Assembly (NCBI GenBank): GCA_041494685.1
Contig: JBGQBE010000014.1
Span: 1 to 61,803 of the forward strand
DNA length: 61,803 bases
Reading direction: 5' to 3'
DNA from: Dehalococcoidia bacterium
GTDB lineage: Bacteria; Chloroflexota; Dehalococcoidia; DSTF01; JACRBR01
Both the position numbers and the translations under genes were made by a program. The notes under the pieces were generated by a model. The model ran no database searches, was not told where the DNA came from, and saw only the letters and a list, made by a program, of their open reading frames with translations. The first letter of the stretch is position 1. Each line of letters opens with the position of its first letter. Below, piece by piece: positions 19,642 to 28,367 of this stretch.

Positions 19642-19756
19642 GGTCACCTCCCGAGCGCCTGTCAAAGAAAAGATCGCCCGGCGCACTCCACGCTCTCGCT
19701 CGGAGGCCGGGCTGAAGCAACAGCTATCGCTGGCCGCAGTCATGGCAGCGGTAGGA

Positions 19757-19786
19757 ATTATAGGAACGGCCGGGCCGCGAAGTCAA
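19757..19786 (-). promoter_or_regulatory. Sigma70-type promoter of rpsF operon
   Basis: TTGACT-N18-TATAAT on the minus strand. Confidence 0.8.
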
Positions 19787-19939
19787 CGTAAGCGCCGCCG
19801 GTTCGACAACCCGCCGAGCCACCCGATGGGCGCCGTCCGGCCGGATCGGCGCCCCGGCCGGCTGTAACATCGCGCCCGGAGCGTGTAGGCTATGCGCTGT
19901 AATCCGTTGTCGAAGCACGATCCAACCGAGGTGCAGCAG

Positions 19940-20137
19940 ATGCGCAAAGACTTGATGGAGATCCTCGCATGCCCCATGTGCAAGGGCGAGTTGACGTTGA
20001 CAATCGACCAGGAACAGGACGACGAGGTCATCCGGGGCACGCTCTTCTGCGCGAAGTGCAACGAGCGCTACCCGATCGAGGACAGCATCCCGAACCTGCT
20101 GCCGCCCGATCTGCGAAAGGCCGCGAGCGGCGCATAG
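19940..20137 (+). CDS. Trm112-family protein
   Basis: LMEILACPMCKGEL...C..C.ERYPIEDSIPNLL. Confidence 0.9.
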   Translation: MRKDLMEILACPMCKGELTLTIDQEQDDEVIRGTLFCAKCNERYPIEDSIPNLLPPDLRKAASGA

Positions 20138-20158
20138 TATCCGCGCGGAGGGACTAGT

Positions 20159-20389
20159 ATGGGACGCTCGCGACAACTCGGCATGTTCATCGTCATCGGC
20201 GCCAGCCTCCAGATGCTGATCATGGTGCTCGGTACGCTGCGGCGCAGCTATCTGGTGATCGCCCTGCCGGTGCTGGCGGCGACCGGCGTGGTGAGCGCGC
20301 TGGCGTTCTGGGTGGGCTGGACGATGATGAACACGGAACCGGAGCTGGCCGACCTGGAAGAAGCTGAGTCGATTCCGGCGGCGATGTAA
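20159..20389 (+). CDS. Small two-TM membrane protein
   Basis: GGAGG RBS, two hydrophobic helices. Confidence 0.7.
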   Translation: MGRSRQLGMFIVIGASLQMLIMVLGTLRRSYLVIALPVLAATGVVSALAFWVGWTMMNTEPELADLEEAESIPAAM

Positions 20390-20541
20390 AGGCCTGCGGC
20401 CGCGTCAGGGTCCAGAGCACACATAAGACGGTACCGGGGGGCGCGCAGCGCCCCTTCGCCGCGTGGTCCGGCCTGAGTACAAAGACGCCCGGGCTATGCG
20501 CCCGGGCGTCTGAAGCAGTGTGTACGTGAGGGGATCCGCCC

Positions 20542-20748
20542 CTAGAGGCGGAGTTTGCCGTGCGACGGCTGGCGGCGGCGCTGCCGCGGGTGGCCTTCTT
20601 CTTCCTCCAGCAGTTCGATCGGCAGCGCCGAGACCGCTTCGTGGACGTAGCCGCAGCAGAGGCAGGTGCTGTAGGCGCCGTACCAATCGCGCTCTACGAT
20701 CATCGAACCTCGGCAGCGTGGGCAGGTGCGGGGAAGGGCGGTGTTCAT
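20542..20748 (-). CDS. Small Cys-rich zinc-ribbon protein (68 aa)
   Basis: CPRC...CLCCG, GGAGG RBS before ATG at 20748, basic C-terminus. Confidence 0.8.
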   Translation of the reverse strand: MNTALPRTCPRCRGSMIVERDWYGAYSTCLCCGYVHEAVSALPIELLEEEEGHPRQRRRQPSHGKLRL

Positions 20749-20831
20749 CAAGGCAGTCCTCCCAAGGCCGTCGGGCCGCAACCCCTGCGCGCCGCAGGGG
20801 AGTCTCAGCTACCGGTCGTCCGAACCACGGG

Positions 20832-20990
20832 CCTTCCGAATGCCTACGAGGTTAGCTGCGGGTTCGGGCTGAAAGGCTGCCCTACGCGTCGGCGCGCCGT
20901 TTCCGGGTCGCCGCACGATTCACCCCGTCCGCTAGGGGCGGACTACTGGTTCCCCCGTCTCCGCGATATCTGCGAAGTTCGGCTTCGCCC
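20832..20990 (-). ncRNA. Cyclic di-AMP (ydaO/yuaA) riboswitch
   Basis: Minus strand in order: GCCGAA...GGAGACGGGGGAACC...GGGGTGAAT...GTAGGG...CCCGAACCCGCAGCTAACCTCGTAGGC, the conserved ydaO blocks. Confidence 0.92.
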
Positions 20991-21049
20991 GCATCCTGCG
21001 GGCACGGCTCCGAAACCCACTATCGGAAGCCGTTTGTGATTTCCGGTAC

Positions 21050-21078
21050 ATGTTACGCCGACCGCCCGAAGCTGTCAA
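21050..21078 (-). promoter_or_regulatory. Sigma70 promoter for riboswitch/zinc-ribbon transcript
   Basis: TTGACA-N17-TAACAT. Confidence 0.85.
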
Positions 21079-21382
21079 CGGGTTCTTCACAAGATTGTAC
21101 GATTTCGGTAACGAAATCCGTCCGATCCACTGAAAAGTGGAACAAAGGTGCGATCACGCTGCGTTCAGATCAACGCGCACCGCAGCCTCGCGAGCCCTTA
21201 TGTAGAGCAGAAACGGCGATTTGAGCAGGTGCCGCGACCCATACGGGAGGGTGCCGGGCCAGCAAGGAGTTGAACAAGTCAGACGACGACGTTCACCGGC
21301 CGGTTTCGGACGCGGTGCCGAATCCGGGCACGCGGGCTAAGAGCCCGCGCCACGGAGCCCATCGCTCACCGCTAAACCGCGG

Positions 21383-22063
21383 TCAGTTGCCGCACTTGCG
21401 GTTGACGCCGTCGAGGAACGTCCTTGCGACGTCCGTCATGTAGGGCGTGAGGAACGGCTCGCCCGGCTGCGGCGCGGGGCCGAAGAAGAGTTGCACATCG
21501 ATCACCAGACCCCTGCAGGCGATCGTCGCGGCGAGCGCGCGACCATTGCCGCCGGTCAGGCGCATCAGTTGGCTGCTGGCATCCGCCGCCGGCTTGCCGA
21601 CCGACTCCATCAGCACGACAGTCGGGCCTGTGATGCCGCCGATGGCCGTATCGCTCATGGAGTAGCCGATGCGGCCGACCCGAGCGCCCTGATCGTCGGG
21701 CAGCGTGATGGCGAGCGAGAGGTCGCTCTTCGTTGTGTCCGGCAACTGCTTCGGGATGAAGGGCTTGAAGCCGAGGACCGCCTCGAACTCGCCCGGGTCC
21801 TTGACACGCTGGAGCGCGATGACGCCGCCCGGCAGGCCCAGATCCGCCTGCGTCGGGATGTGCTCGGCGCCGGCGACCTCGCTCACGCGGTGGATGGCCC
21901 GCTGGTCCTGCACGATGTAGACGACCGAGAAGGCGGCCGCCGCGACGATCGAGAAGAACACCACGCTCGCGCAGAGCACGCCGGCAAGGCGCGGGGGACT
22001 GTTGGGCCGCGATACCGAGGCGATCACACCAGATCGAACGGCCTGGGTACCTGCCTGTATCAC
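21383..22063 (-). CDS. Hypothetical single-TM protein (start uncertain)
   Basis: N-terminal hydrophobic helix, host-like codon usage. Confidence 0.65.
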   Translation of the reverse strand: MIQAGTQAVRSGVIASVSRPNSPPRLAGVLCASVVFFSIVAAAAFSVVYIVQDQRAIHRVSEVAGAEHIPTQADLGLPGGVIALQRVKDPGEFEAVLGFKPFIPKQLPDTTKSDLSLAITLPDDQGARVGRIGYSMSDTAIGGITGPTVVLMESVGKPAADASSQLMRLTGGNGRALAATIACRGLVIDVQLFFGPAPQPGEPFLTPYMTDVARTFLDGVNRKCGN

Positions 22064-22249
22064 TCCCTATCTGCCTCTCCGGTCAAGCAGCCACGGGGGT
22101 GATCCGCGCCGCTTGGAGTTCGCCCGCCTGCTGCGCGATCGTACGAAACATCAGCGCGCCAGGCGAGGGCACTGTCAAGTCCCGGAGCGGGAGCGGCTTC
22201 GACGCGGACCGCCCGCCGAACCACTGAGGCGCAGCCAGGGACGGATCCC

Positions 22250-22891
22250 ATGGCCGCTAACATCGCCGCCATCCGCACGAGCGTGCGCAAGGACCTGCAC
22301 GACGAGGACGCCGCGGCCTACGTCTGGACGGACGCCGTGCTCGACCGCCACATCGGGCGCGCCGTCACCGATTACAGCATCGCCGACCCGCTCGAAGTGA
22401 AGAGCACGCTGACCACCACGGCCGCGTCGCGCGACCTCGCCATCGCCTCGCTGACGCCGCTCGTCGCGGTCGAGGCGGTCGAGTGGCCGGTGGGCGAGTT
22501 CCCGCCGCGGCGCGTCGGCTTCAGCGTCTGGGCAACGACGCTGACCATGGACGTCGTCGCGGCGCCCGCCGGCGTCGAGAACGTCAACGTCTACTGGCTG
22601 CAGCAGCACACGCTCGACGCGAGCAGCAGCACCGTCCCGCCGGCGGACGACGACCTCATCGCGCTGGGCGCGGCCGGCTACGCCGCGCTCGACCGCGCGG
22701 TCTACGCGGTCAACAAAATCAACACGGGCGGCGCCGATGTCTGGGCGCGCTACAACGCCTTCGGCGACGGCGCGCTGCGCCAGTTCCGCGACGAGCTGCG
22801 GCGGCGCGGCCGCAACGCGACGGTCCGCAGCCGCCGCATGTTCAGCACCGACGCGCCGTCCGTGTTCGAGCAGAGCCGGGTGAAGTACTAG
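22250..22891 (+). CDS. Putative phage head-tail adaptor-like protein
   Basis: IRTSVRKDLHDED...WTDAVLDRHIGRAV resembles adaptor/neck N-termini; first of three coupled genes. Confidence 0.6.
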   Translation: MAANIAAIRTSVRKDLHDEDAAAYVWTDAVLDRHIGRAVTDYSIADPLEVKSTLTTTAASRDLAIASLTPLVAVEAVEWPVGEFPPRRVGFSVWATTLTMDVVAAPAGVENVNVYWLQQHTLDASSSTVPPADDDLIALGAAGYAALDRAVYAVNKINTGGADVWARYNAFGDGALRQFRDELRRRGRNATVRSRRMFSTDAPSVFEQSRVKY

Positions 22892-22893
22892 CC

Positions 22894-24870
22894 GTGCGCA
22901 CGCTCTCCTCCGCGCTCACCACGGCGCAGCAGGCCGCGTCGAGAGAGCCGTACGTCGCCGTCACCGTCGAGAACCTCATCGGCAGCCTGCGGCGGCTCGA
23001 CTTCACGCAGCTCGACAACTCGGGCTCCAGCCTCGGCCGGCACGGCGTGGCCGTCGCCGGCGACGGCAGCGTGACGCGCGTGGCCGGCAACGGCGCGGGC
23101 CGCATCGACATCCAGCACATCGCCAACCCGGGCGCCGGCAGCAGCTGGGGGAGCTGGGGCGTCCTCGCCAGCGGCAAGGGCAACCAGCTCGCCGTCGCGG
23201 CGTGCGGCGCGCACGTCGTCGTCGTCTACAACGACGCCGCCGGCACCGGCATCTACTACGTCGAGAGCACGGACTACGGCGCGTCGTACGGCGCGGAGAC
23301 GGCCGTCACGACGGCCGCGGCCGCGGTGCTCGGCCTCGCCGTCGCGCTCAAGAACACGGGCGGCGACCTCGCCGTCGCCTGGCTCACCGCCGCCACGCTC
23401 AACATCATCAAGCGGACGGCCGGCGCCTTCGGCGCGGCGAGCGGCGCCGGCATCTCGACCGCCAGCCTCAACGGCGTCGCCATGTGCTACGGCGCGGACT
23501 GGGACATCGCGGTGACGGGCGAGGAGGTCACGACGAACAAGCGCACGCTGTGGACCATCGCCTACGGCGACGGCTTCGACCTCGCCCCCAACACGTGGGG
23601 CGTGCTGAACGCGCAGCAGCAGGCGGAGAGCGACAGCGGCGTCGCGCTCATCGCGCCGGCGATCGTCTACACCGACGGCTACCACCTCGACTACGTCGAG
23701 CAGGCGACGTACGGCGGCGGCAAGACGCGCGCGTACCGCACGACGCTGCACCAGCTGCAGTCCTACGTCGCCGGCGCCAACATCATGAGCACGCCCGTGC
23801 CGACGAGCTACTTCGGCGTCAACGGCCTCGCGCTCGCGGCCGACGTGAGCGGCACCGGCTGGTACTACGAGACCGCCGCCAACCTCGTCACGCGCGCGCC
23901 GCAGGCGCAGTCGCTGACGACCCTCACGGCCGACGTGCTGGCGGTGGCCATCGACGAGCGGGGCGACGCGACGCGCGGCTACGTCGAGCTCGACAACGCG
24001 GGCGGCGCCTACGCCGGCCCGCCGGCGCCCATCGCCCTGGGCAACCGCGTCAACCTCTCGTGGGGCTACCGCACGGCCAGCGGCCTGCAGTCGTCGCAGA
24101 TGGCCGGCCTCTCCATCGCGTCGTACGAGTACCGCCGCGCCGGCGGCGTCTCCACGCTGCGGCTGCAGGTCGAGGGCGGCTGGGAGCTGCTGCGGCGCAA
24201 CCGGCAGCGGGCGCAGGTCGTGCAGACGTCGGGCGTGTCGTGGTTTCAGCTGTTGTCGCGCGTCATGTCGCGCGCCGGCCTCAACCTCACCAGCTCGGGC
24301 GCGTCGGCGCGCGCGACGGGGACGACGCCGCAGTTCACCATCGACCCGCAGACCTCGGGCTTCGACGCCGTGCAGCAGGCGCTGGCGTTCCTCGCGGACC
24401 GCATCCGCATGAACGTGCTGGGCGGCGTCCTGACGGAGCGGCTGGCCGGCGCGGCGAGCACGTACACGTACGGCGGCGCGCACCCGCTGCGCGAGGCGCG
24501 GCTGGTCGGCGCGCCGCCGCCGGTGAGCGACGTGCAGGTCCACGGACTGCTGGCCATCGGCGAGGACATCGACTACGCGAGCGCGGCGGTCGGGCTCGGC
24601 GCCAGGGAGCTGGCGCGCGACCTCAACGCCATCAGCGGCGCCAACGCCACCACGAGCGCGGCGGCGCGGCGGCGCCAGCGCGCGCTCGACGCGCCCGCGG
24701 GCGCGCTCGTCGTGCCGCCGAACTGCGGGCAGGAAGTGCTGGACCTGGTGGACTTCACGGACGCGGCGATATCGGCGTCGGCGGTGAAGCGCCGCGTCGC
24801 CGGCATCGACTGGCGCTACGAGCGCCGCCGCGGCGTCTACGAACAGACGCTGCACCTGGGGGCCGCATGA
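22894..24870 (+). CDS. Putative virion structural protein (Asp-box beta-propeller + tail hub-like C-terminus)
   Basis: STDYGASY Asp-box, beta-rich G/T/A/S composition, C-terminal VPPNCGQEVLDLVDFTD...RRVAGIDWRY hub-like pattern. Confidence 0.6.
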   Translation: MRTLSSALTTAQQAASREPYVAVTVENLIGSLRRLDFTQLDNSGSSLGRHGVAVAGDGSVTRVAGNGAGRIDIQHIANPGAGSSWGSWGVLASGKGNQLAVAACGAHVVVVYNDAAGTGIYYVESTDYGASYGAETAVTTAAAAVLGLAVALKNTGGDLAVAWLTAATLNIIKRTAGAFGAASGAGISTASLNGVAMCYGADWDIAVTGEEVTTNKRTLWTIAYGDGFDLAPNTWGVLNAQQQAESDSGVALIAPAIVYTDGYHLDYVEQATYGGGKTRAYRTTLHQLQSYVAGANIMSTPVPTSYFGVNGLALAADVSGTGWYYETAANLVTRAPQAQSLTTLTADVLAVAIDERGDATRGYVELDNAGGAYAGPPAPIALGNRVNLSWGYRTASGLQSSQMAGLSIASYEYRRAGGVSTLRLQVEGGWELLRRNRQRAQVVQTSGVSWFQLLSRVMSRAGLNLTSSGASARATGTTPQFTIDPQTSGFDAVQQALAFLADRIRMNVLGGVLTERLAGAASTYTYGGAHPLREARLVGAPPPVSDVQVHGLLAIGEDIDYASAAVGLGARELARDLNAISGANATTSAAARRRQRALDAPAGALVVPPNCGQEVLDLVDFTDAAISASAVKRRVAGIDWRYERRRGVYEQTLHLGAA

Positions 24871-25091
24871 CGACGCGCAGCATCATCCGCCCGGCCATCC
24901 TCAAGGTCTGGGACAACGTGAACTGGCTGGCCGACGTGCAGGTCGTCGGCAGCCTGCACGTCTGGTTGAAGGCCGTGCCGGTGGCGCGGAACATCGCCAG
25001 CGTCGAGATGGTGGTCGGGCGCAAGGTGGCCGTCGCCATCTTCGACGAGACCAACCCGACAGACGCCGCCGTCATCGCCGTCTGGACCTAG
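24867..25091 (+). CDS. Small all-beta protein, putative gp5/gpV-type OB-fold
   Basis: ATGA overlap; MTTRSIIRPAILKVWD...ADVQVVGS...VPVARNI...GRKVAVAIFD..NP.DAAVIAVW. Confidence 0.6.
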   Translation: MTTRSIIRPAILKVWDNVNWLADVQVVGSLHVWLKAVPVARNIASVEMVVGRKVAVAIFDETNPTDAAVIAVWT

Positions 25092-25097
25092 CCCGGC

Positions 25098-26285
25098 TCA
25101 GCGCGCTCCGCGGAAGTCGGCCCTGATGGCGTCCAGCAGCTCGGGCTCCAGCGCTACGTCGATGCCGGTCATCGCCAGCGCCTTCGCCGCCCGCAGCATG
25201 CCGGCGTGCGCGGCGTCGGTCGCCGAGACGGCGGTAAACGCGGCGGAGTGCGTGAAGACGGGCGAGCCGACGCTGAAGTTGGGGTGGATCGACGGCACCA
25301 CCTGGCTGACATTACCCATATCGCTGCTGCCGGTCGAGAGGTCCTTCAACTCGATGAACCGCATGCCGTTGGCCTCGCCGTTGCGGCGGTAGGCCTCCAC
25401 CATCGGGCCGTTGTTCTTCATTGGGGCGTACTCCGCGGCCTCGTGCCAGTCGACCGTCATCTCGCAGCCGGTCGCCAGCGCGCCCGCCTCGAAGCAGTGC
25501 TGCACCCGCTGCTTGAGCTGCTCCAGGTACCACGGCTTGAGCGCACGCACGTAGAAGGCGCCGCGCGTGTAATCCGGCACGACGTTCGCGGCGTCGCCGC
25601 CGTGCGTGATGATGCCGTGCAGGCGCGCGTCGCGCCGGATGTGCTGCCGGAGCTGCGCGATCGACTGGTAGGCCGTGACGAGCGCGTCGAGCGCGTTCAC
25701 GCCCTGCTCCGGGAACACGGAGGCGTGCACGGCCTTGCCGCGGTACTCGACGTCCACGTGCGCGACGCCGAACATCGGCGCTTCAGCGATGTCGGCAGGG
25801 GCCGCGTGCGCCATCATCGCGACATCCACGTCGTCGAACGCGTGCCCGCGCACCATCACGATCTTGCCGCCCTGCCCTTCCTCCGCCGGCGTGCCCAGCA
25901 CGACGATCCGGGCGTCGGCTGGATCGAGCGACTTGATCAGCGCGACGGCCGCGCCGACGCCGGCCGTGGCGATCAGGTTATGTCCGCAGGCATGGCCGAT
26001 CTCCGGCAGCGCGTCGTATTCGCTGCAGACGGCGATGGTGACGGGGCCGTGGCCCCAGACACCGCGAAAGGCCGTTTCCATGCCATACGCGGGTTGCTCC
26101 ACCTCGAACCCCTGCTCACGCAAGAACGGCACGAGCTGCTGGCAGGCATAGCGCTCCTGGAATGAGAGTTCGGGGTGCGCGTGGATCTCGCGCGAGATGC
26201 GGATGAGATCGCCGGCGACGGCATCGACCGCGTCTTGTGCGCGCTGCTTCTTCGTGGCGATCGTGTCGGAGATGCTGGTGCTCAT
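25098..26285 (-). CDS. M20-family amidohydrolase
   Basis: IHAHPELSFQE, EYDALPEIGHACGHNLI, GTPAEEG, GSSDMGNVS. Confidence 0.93.
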   Translation of the reverse strand: MSTSISDTIATKKQRAQDAVDAVAGDLIRISREIHAHPELSFQERYACQQLVPFLREQGFEVEQPAYGMETAFRGVWGHGPVTIAVCSEYDALPEIGHACGHNLIATAGVGAAVALIKSLDPADARIVVLGTPAEEGQGGKIVMVRGHAFDDVDVAMMAHAAPADIAEAPMFGVAHVDVEYRGKAVHASVFPEQGVNALDALVTAYQSIAQLRQHIRRDARLHGIITHGGDAANVVPDYTRGAFYVRALKPWYLEQLKQRVQHCFEAGALATGCEMTVDWHEAAEYAPMKNNGPMVEAYRRNGEANGMRFIELKDLSTGSSDMGNVSQVVPSIHPNFSVGSPVFTHSAAFTAVSATDAAHAGMLRAAKALAMTGIDVALEPELLDAIRADFRGAR

Positions 26286-26535
26286 CGCGTCCGCCTTTCG
26301 TGTAGCGCGATCTTACACCCGCGCGCCACCTGGTCGGTAGCGACAGGCGATCGCCTAACCCACGCCGGGGTTGGGTGCCTGCGCCCGCGCCCGGGCGCGG
26401 GTAGGTGCTGCCACCGCCGCCTCCTCCCGCATGCGGGTGCGGTCGAAACCCGCATTTTTCCCGTGCGGGCGTTCGTGAACACGTCGCGCGGCCGATAACC
26501 AACTCGGAACATCACTGCAGTACTGAGGAGAAGTC

Positions 26536-27195
26536 ATGCCCCCTACCGAGAACATCCCCGGCCTGGAGCAAGAACTGACACAGGCCCTGGGTGCGCTGGA
26601 GAGCGCACTCCAGAGCGCCGCTGATTCGGTCGCGTCGATCCGCGCGATGGTCCCGCGACTGGCAGCCACCGGATCCGTGCTGCAGGAGATTGAGGCGCTG
26701 GTGCTGACCGGGCGCCAGCAGGACACGTCGCACAGCGCCGCGCCGGCGGGCCGCGGCTACGCGCGGCCAACGCTTGTGGTACCGAGTGCAAAGCCGCACA
26801 CCGTGCCGGTGCTGAAGACGCCCGCGGCCAGCACCCCTGCCGCGTCGCTGCCGGAAGCCCCGTTGGCGCCCGAGCGCCAGCAACCACCGATCGAGGAGGA
26901 GCGGCCACGCTTCCCCGTGCCGGGCAGCGAGCCGGGCACGACGTCCTTCCGCCTCGAGTTCGAGAGCAACCCCGGACCGCTGGACTTGCGCGCGGTGGAC
27001 GACGCCGTGAGCGAGCATCCGGCCGTGCGCGACGTGGCCCTGCTGGACTACGACGGGCGCCGCGCGACGCTGAAGGTCTGGATCGCGGCCGGCACCAGCC
27101 CGGCGAGCGTGCAGGAAGCGCTCAAGGCGCGCGCCGGCGAGCTGTTCCCCGCAGGCCACACCGTAAGCATCGTGGCGCTGGAAGACGCCGCGTAG
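26536..27195 (+). CDS. Hypothetical protein (coiled N-terminus, Pro-rich linker, small C-terminal domain)
   Basis: GAGGAG RBS, clean ORF. Confidence 0.75.
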   Translation: MPPTENIPGLEQELTQALGALESALQSAADSVASIRAMVPRLAATGSVLQEIEALVLTGRQQDTSHSAAPAGRGYARPTLVVPSAKPHTVPVLKTPAASTPAASLPEAPLAPERQQPPIEEERPRFPVPGSEPGTTSFRLEFESNPGPLDLRAVDDAVSEHPAVRDVALLDYDGRRATLKVWIAAGTSPASVQEALKARAGELFPAGHTVSIVALEDAA

Positions 27196-27230
27196 GACAC
27201 GTATCGACCGGCACGCCCACACCAAATGAG

Positions 27231-27258
27231 GAAGCCCCCTCGACGAGGGGGCTTCTTT
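27231..27258. terminator. Intrinsic terminator-like hairpin between convergent genes
   Basis: GAAGCCCCCTC-gac-GAGGGGGCTTC followed by TTT. Confidence 0.75.
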
Positions 27259-27305
27259 ACTTCACCATCCGGCGGCACACCGCCGCTCTCGGGCGATCGG
27301 TCGTG

Positions 27306-28355
27306 CTACGCGACCTGCTCCGACGGATCGTACATGCGGCGCTCGGCGGCAGCGAAGAGGGCGTCGCTCGTCACACCGTCGCTGGGGCAGGAGCCCCAGC
27401 CGACGACGAGGTGCAGTTCCAGGCCCGGCACGTCGTCCGCACCCAGGCTGGCGCTCTGTGCCGCCGTGAGCATGCGCCGCGCCGCGGTGGCCGCGCCGGC
27501 GTGCGAGGCTTCGGTGAGCACCATCGTGTAGCCGCTCTCCTTATACGCGCCGATGACATCGATGTCGCGCGCGCCCTGCGCCAGGGCGCTGCCGAGGTTT
27601 TCGAGCAGCCGATCCGTGAGGAACCGGCCGTACTTGTCTCGCAGCAGACGCAGGTTCGTCGCCTCGATCACGGCGATGGAGACCTCGCGCTTGTAGCGGA
27701 CCGCACGCGCCAGCTCCTTCTGCAGCTCCGCCTCCAGCTTCCGCGCGTCGAACACGGAGCGGACGACATCGATCGCTCCCTGATCACTCGCCGCGTGCGA
27801 GCGGCGCAGGTTCACGGCGGCGATCGCGACGTGGTCGGCGAACGCTCGCAGGCGGTCGGGCTGCGGCTGCTCGACCAGCATCAGCAGCAGCGCCCCGACG
27901 CGCTCTCCGTTCGACACCAGCGGCACGGCGGCAAGCGACTGCACGCCCAGCGCCTTCTGCGCGGCGGCGGCCTCGCTCTCGCCGATCAGGCCGCGGAAGA
28001 GGTCCGACGCGGGTGCCGGGGACGGCGCCGACCGCGCGAGCGCGTCGGTGAGCGCCGGGGCTGACCGGGCGTCGATGCGCGCGGGCGGCACGGCCTTGCC
28101 GAACGCGTCCAACGCGCGATGCAACGCGCGGCGGCGCAGATCGGATGCGGGCGACTTGCGCTCCAGGCCGCCGTTGGCGTCATCGAGGTAGACGAACGTG
28201 TACGAGGCGTTGAGCGTCCCCTCGGCCGCGGTGCAGGTCGCATCGACGAGCCAGTCGAGCGTGCTGGCGGTGTGCAGCGGCAGGAGAGCCGCGATGACGC
28301 CAGTGGTAGCGTCGGGCTGCGGAGTGCGCGGCTGCTCGGAGCGTCGTGCGGACAT
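27306..28355 (-). CDS. GAF + degenerate GGDEF-domain protein
   Basis: AVPLVSNGERVGAL GAF motif; ELARAVRYKREVSIAVI and DALFAAAERRMY GGDEF frame, catalytic motif replaced by YKESG. Confidence 0.8.
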   Translation of the reverse strand: MSARRSEQPRTPQPDATTGVIAALLPLHTASTLDWLVDATCTAAEGTLNASYTFVYLDDANGGLERKSPASDLRRRALHRALDAFGKAVPPARIDARSAPALTDALARSAPSPAPASDLFRGLIGESEAAAAQKALGVQSLAAVPLVSNGERVGALLLMLVEQPQPDRLRAFADHVAIAAVNLRRSHAASDQGAIDVVRSVFDARKLEAELQKELARAVRYKREVSIAVIEATNLRLLRDKYGRFLTDRLLENLGSALAQGARDIDVIGAYKESGYTMVLTEASHAGAATAARRMLTAAQSASLGADDVPGLELHLVVGWGSCPSDGVTSDALFAAAERRMYDPSEQVA

Positions 28356-28367
28356 AGCGTCGTACCT

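Noticed and set aside
22888..24855. Long antisense and alternative-frame ORFs (e.g. 22888..24855 -, most of 23202..25091 +, 44237..46597 +, 47018..48463 +)
   Set aside because: Arg/Ala/Gly-rich shadow frames expected from very high GC3 coding on the true frame; no family motifs.
22250..25091. Intact prophage
   Set aside because: Only three genes; no replication, packaging, lysis or integration functions and no compositional shift.
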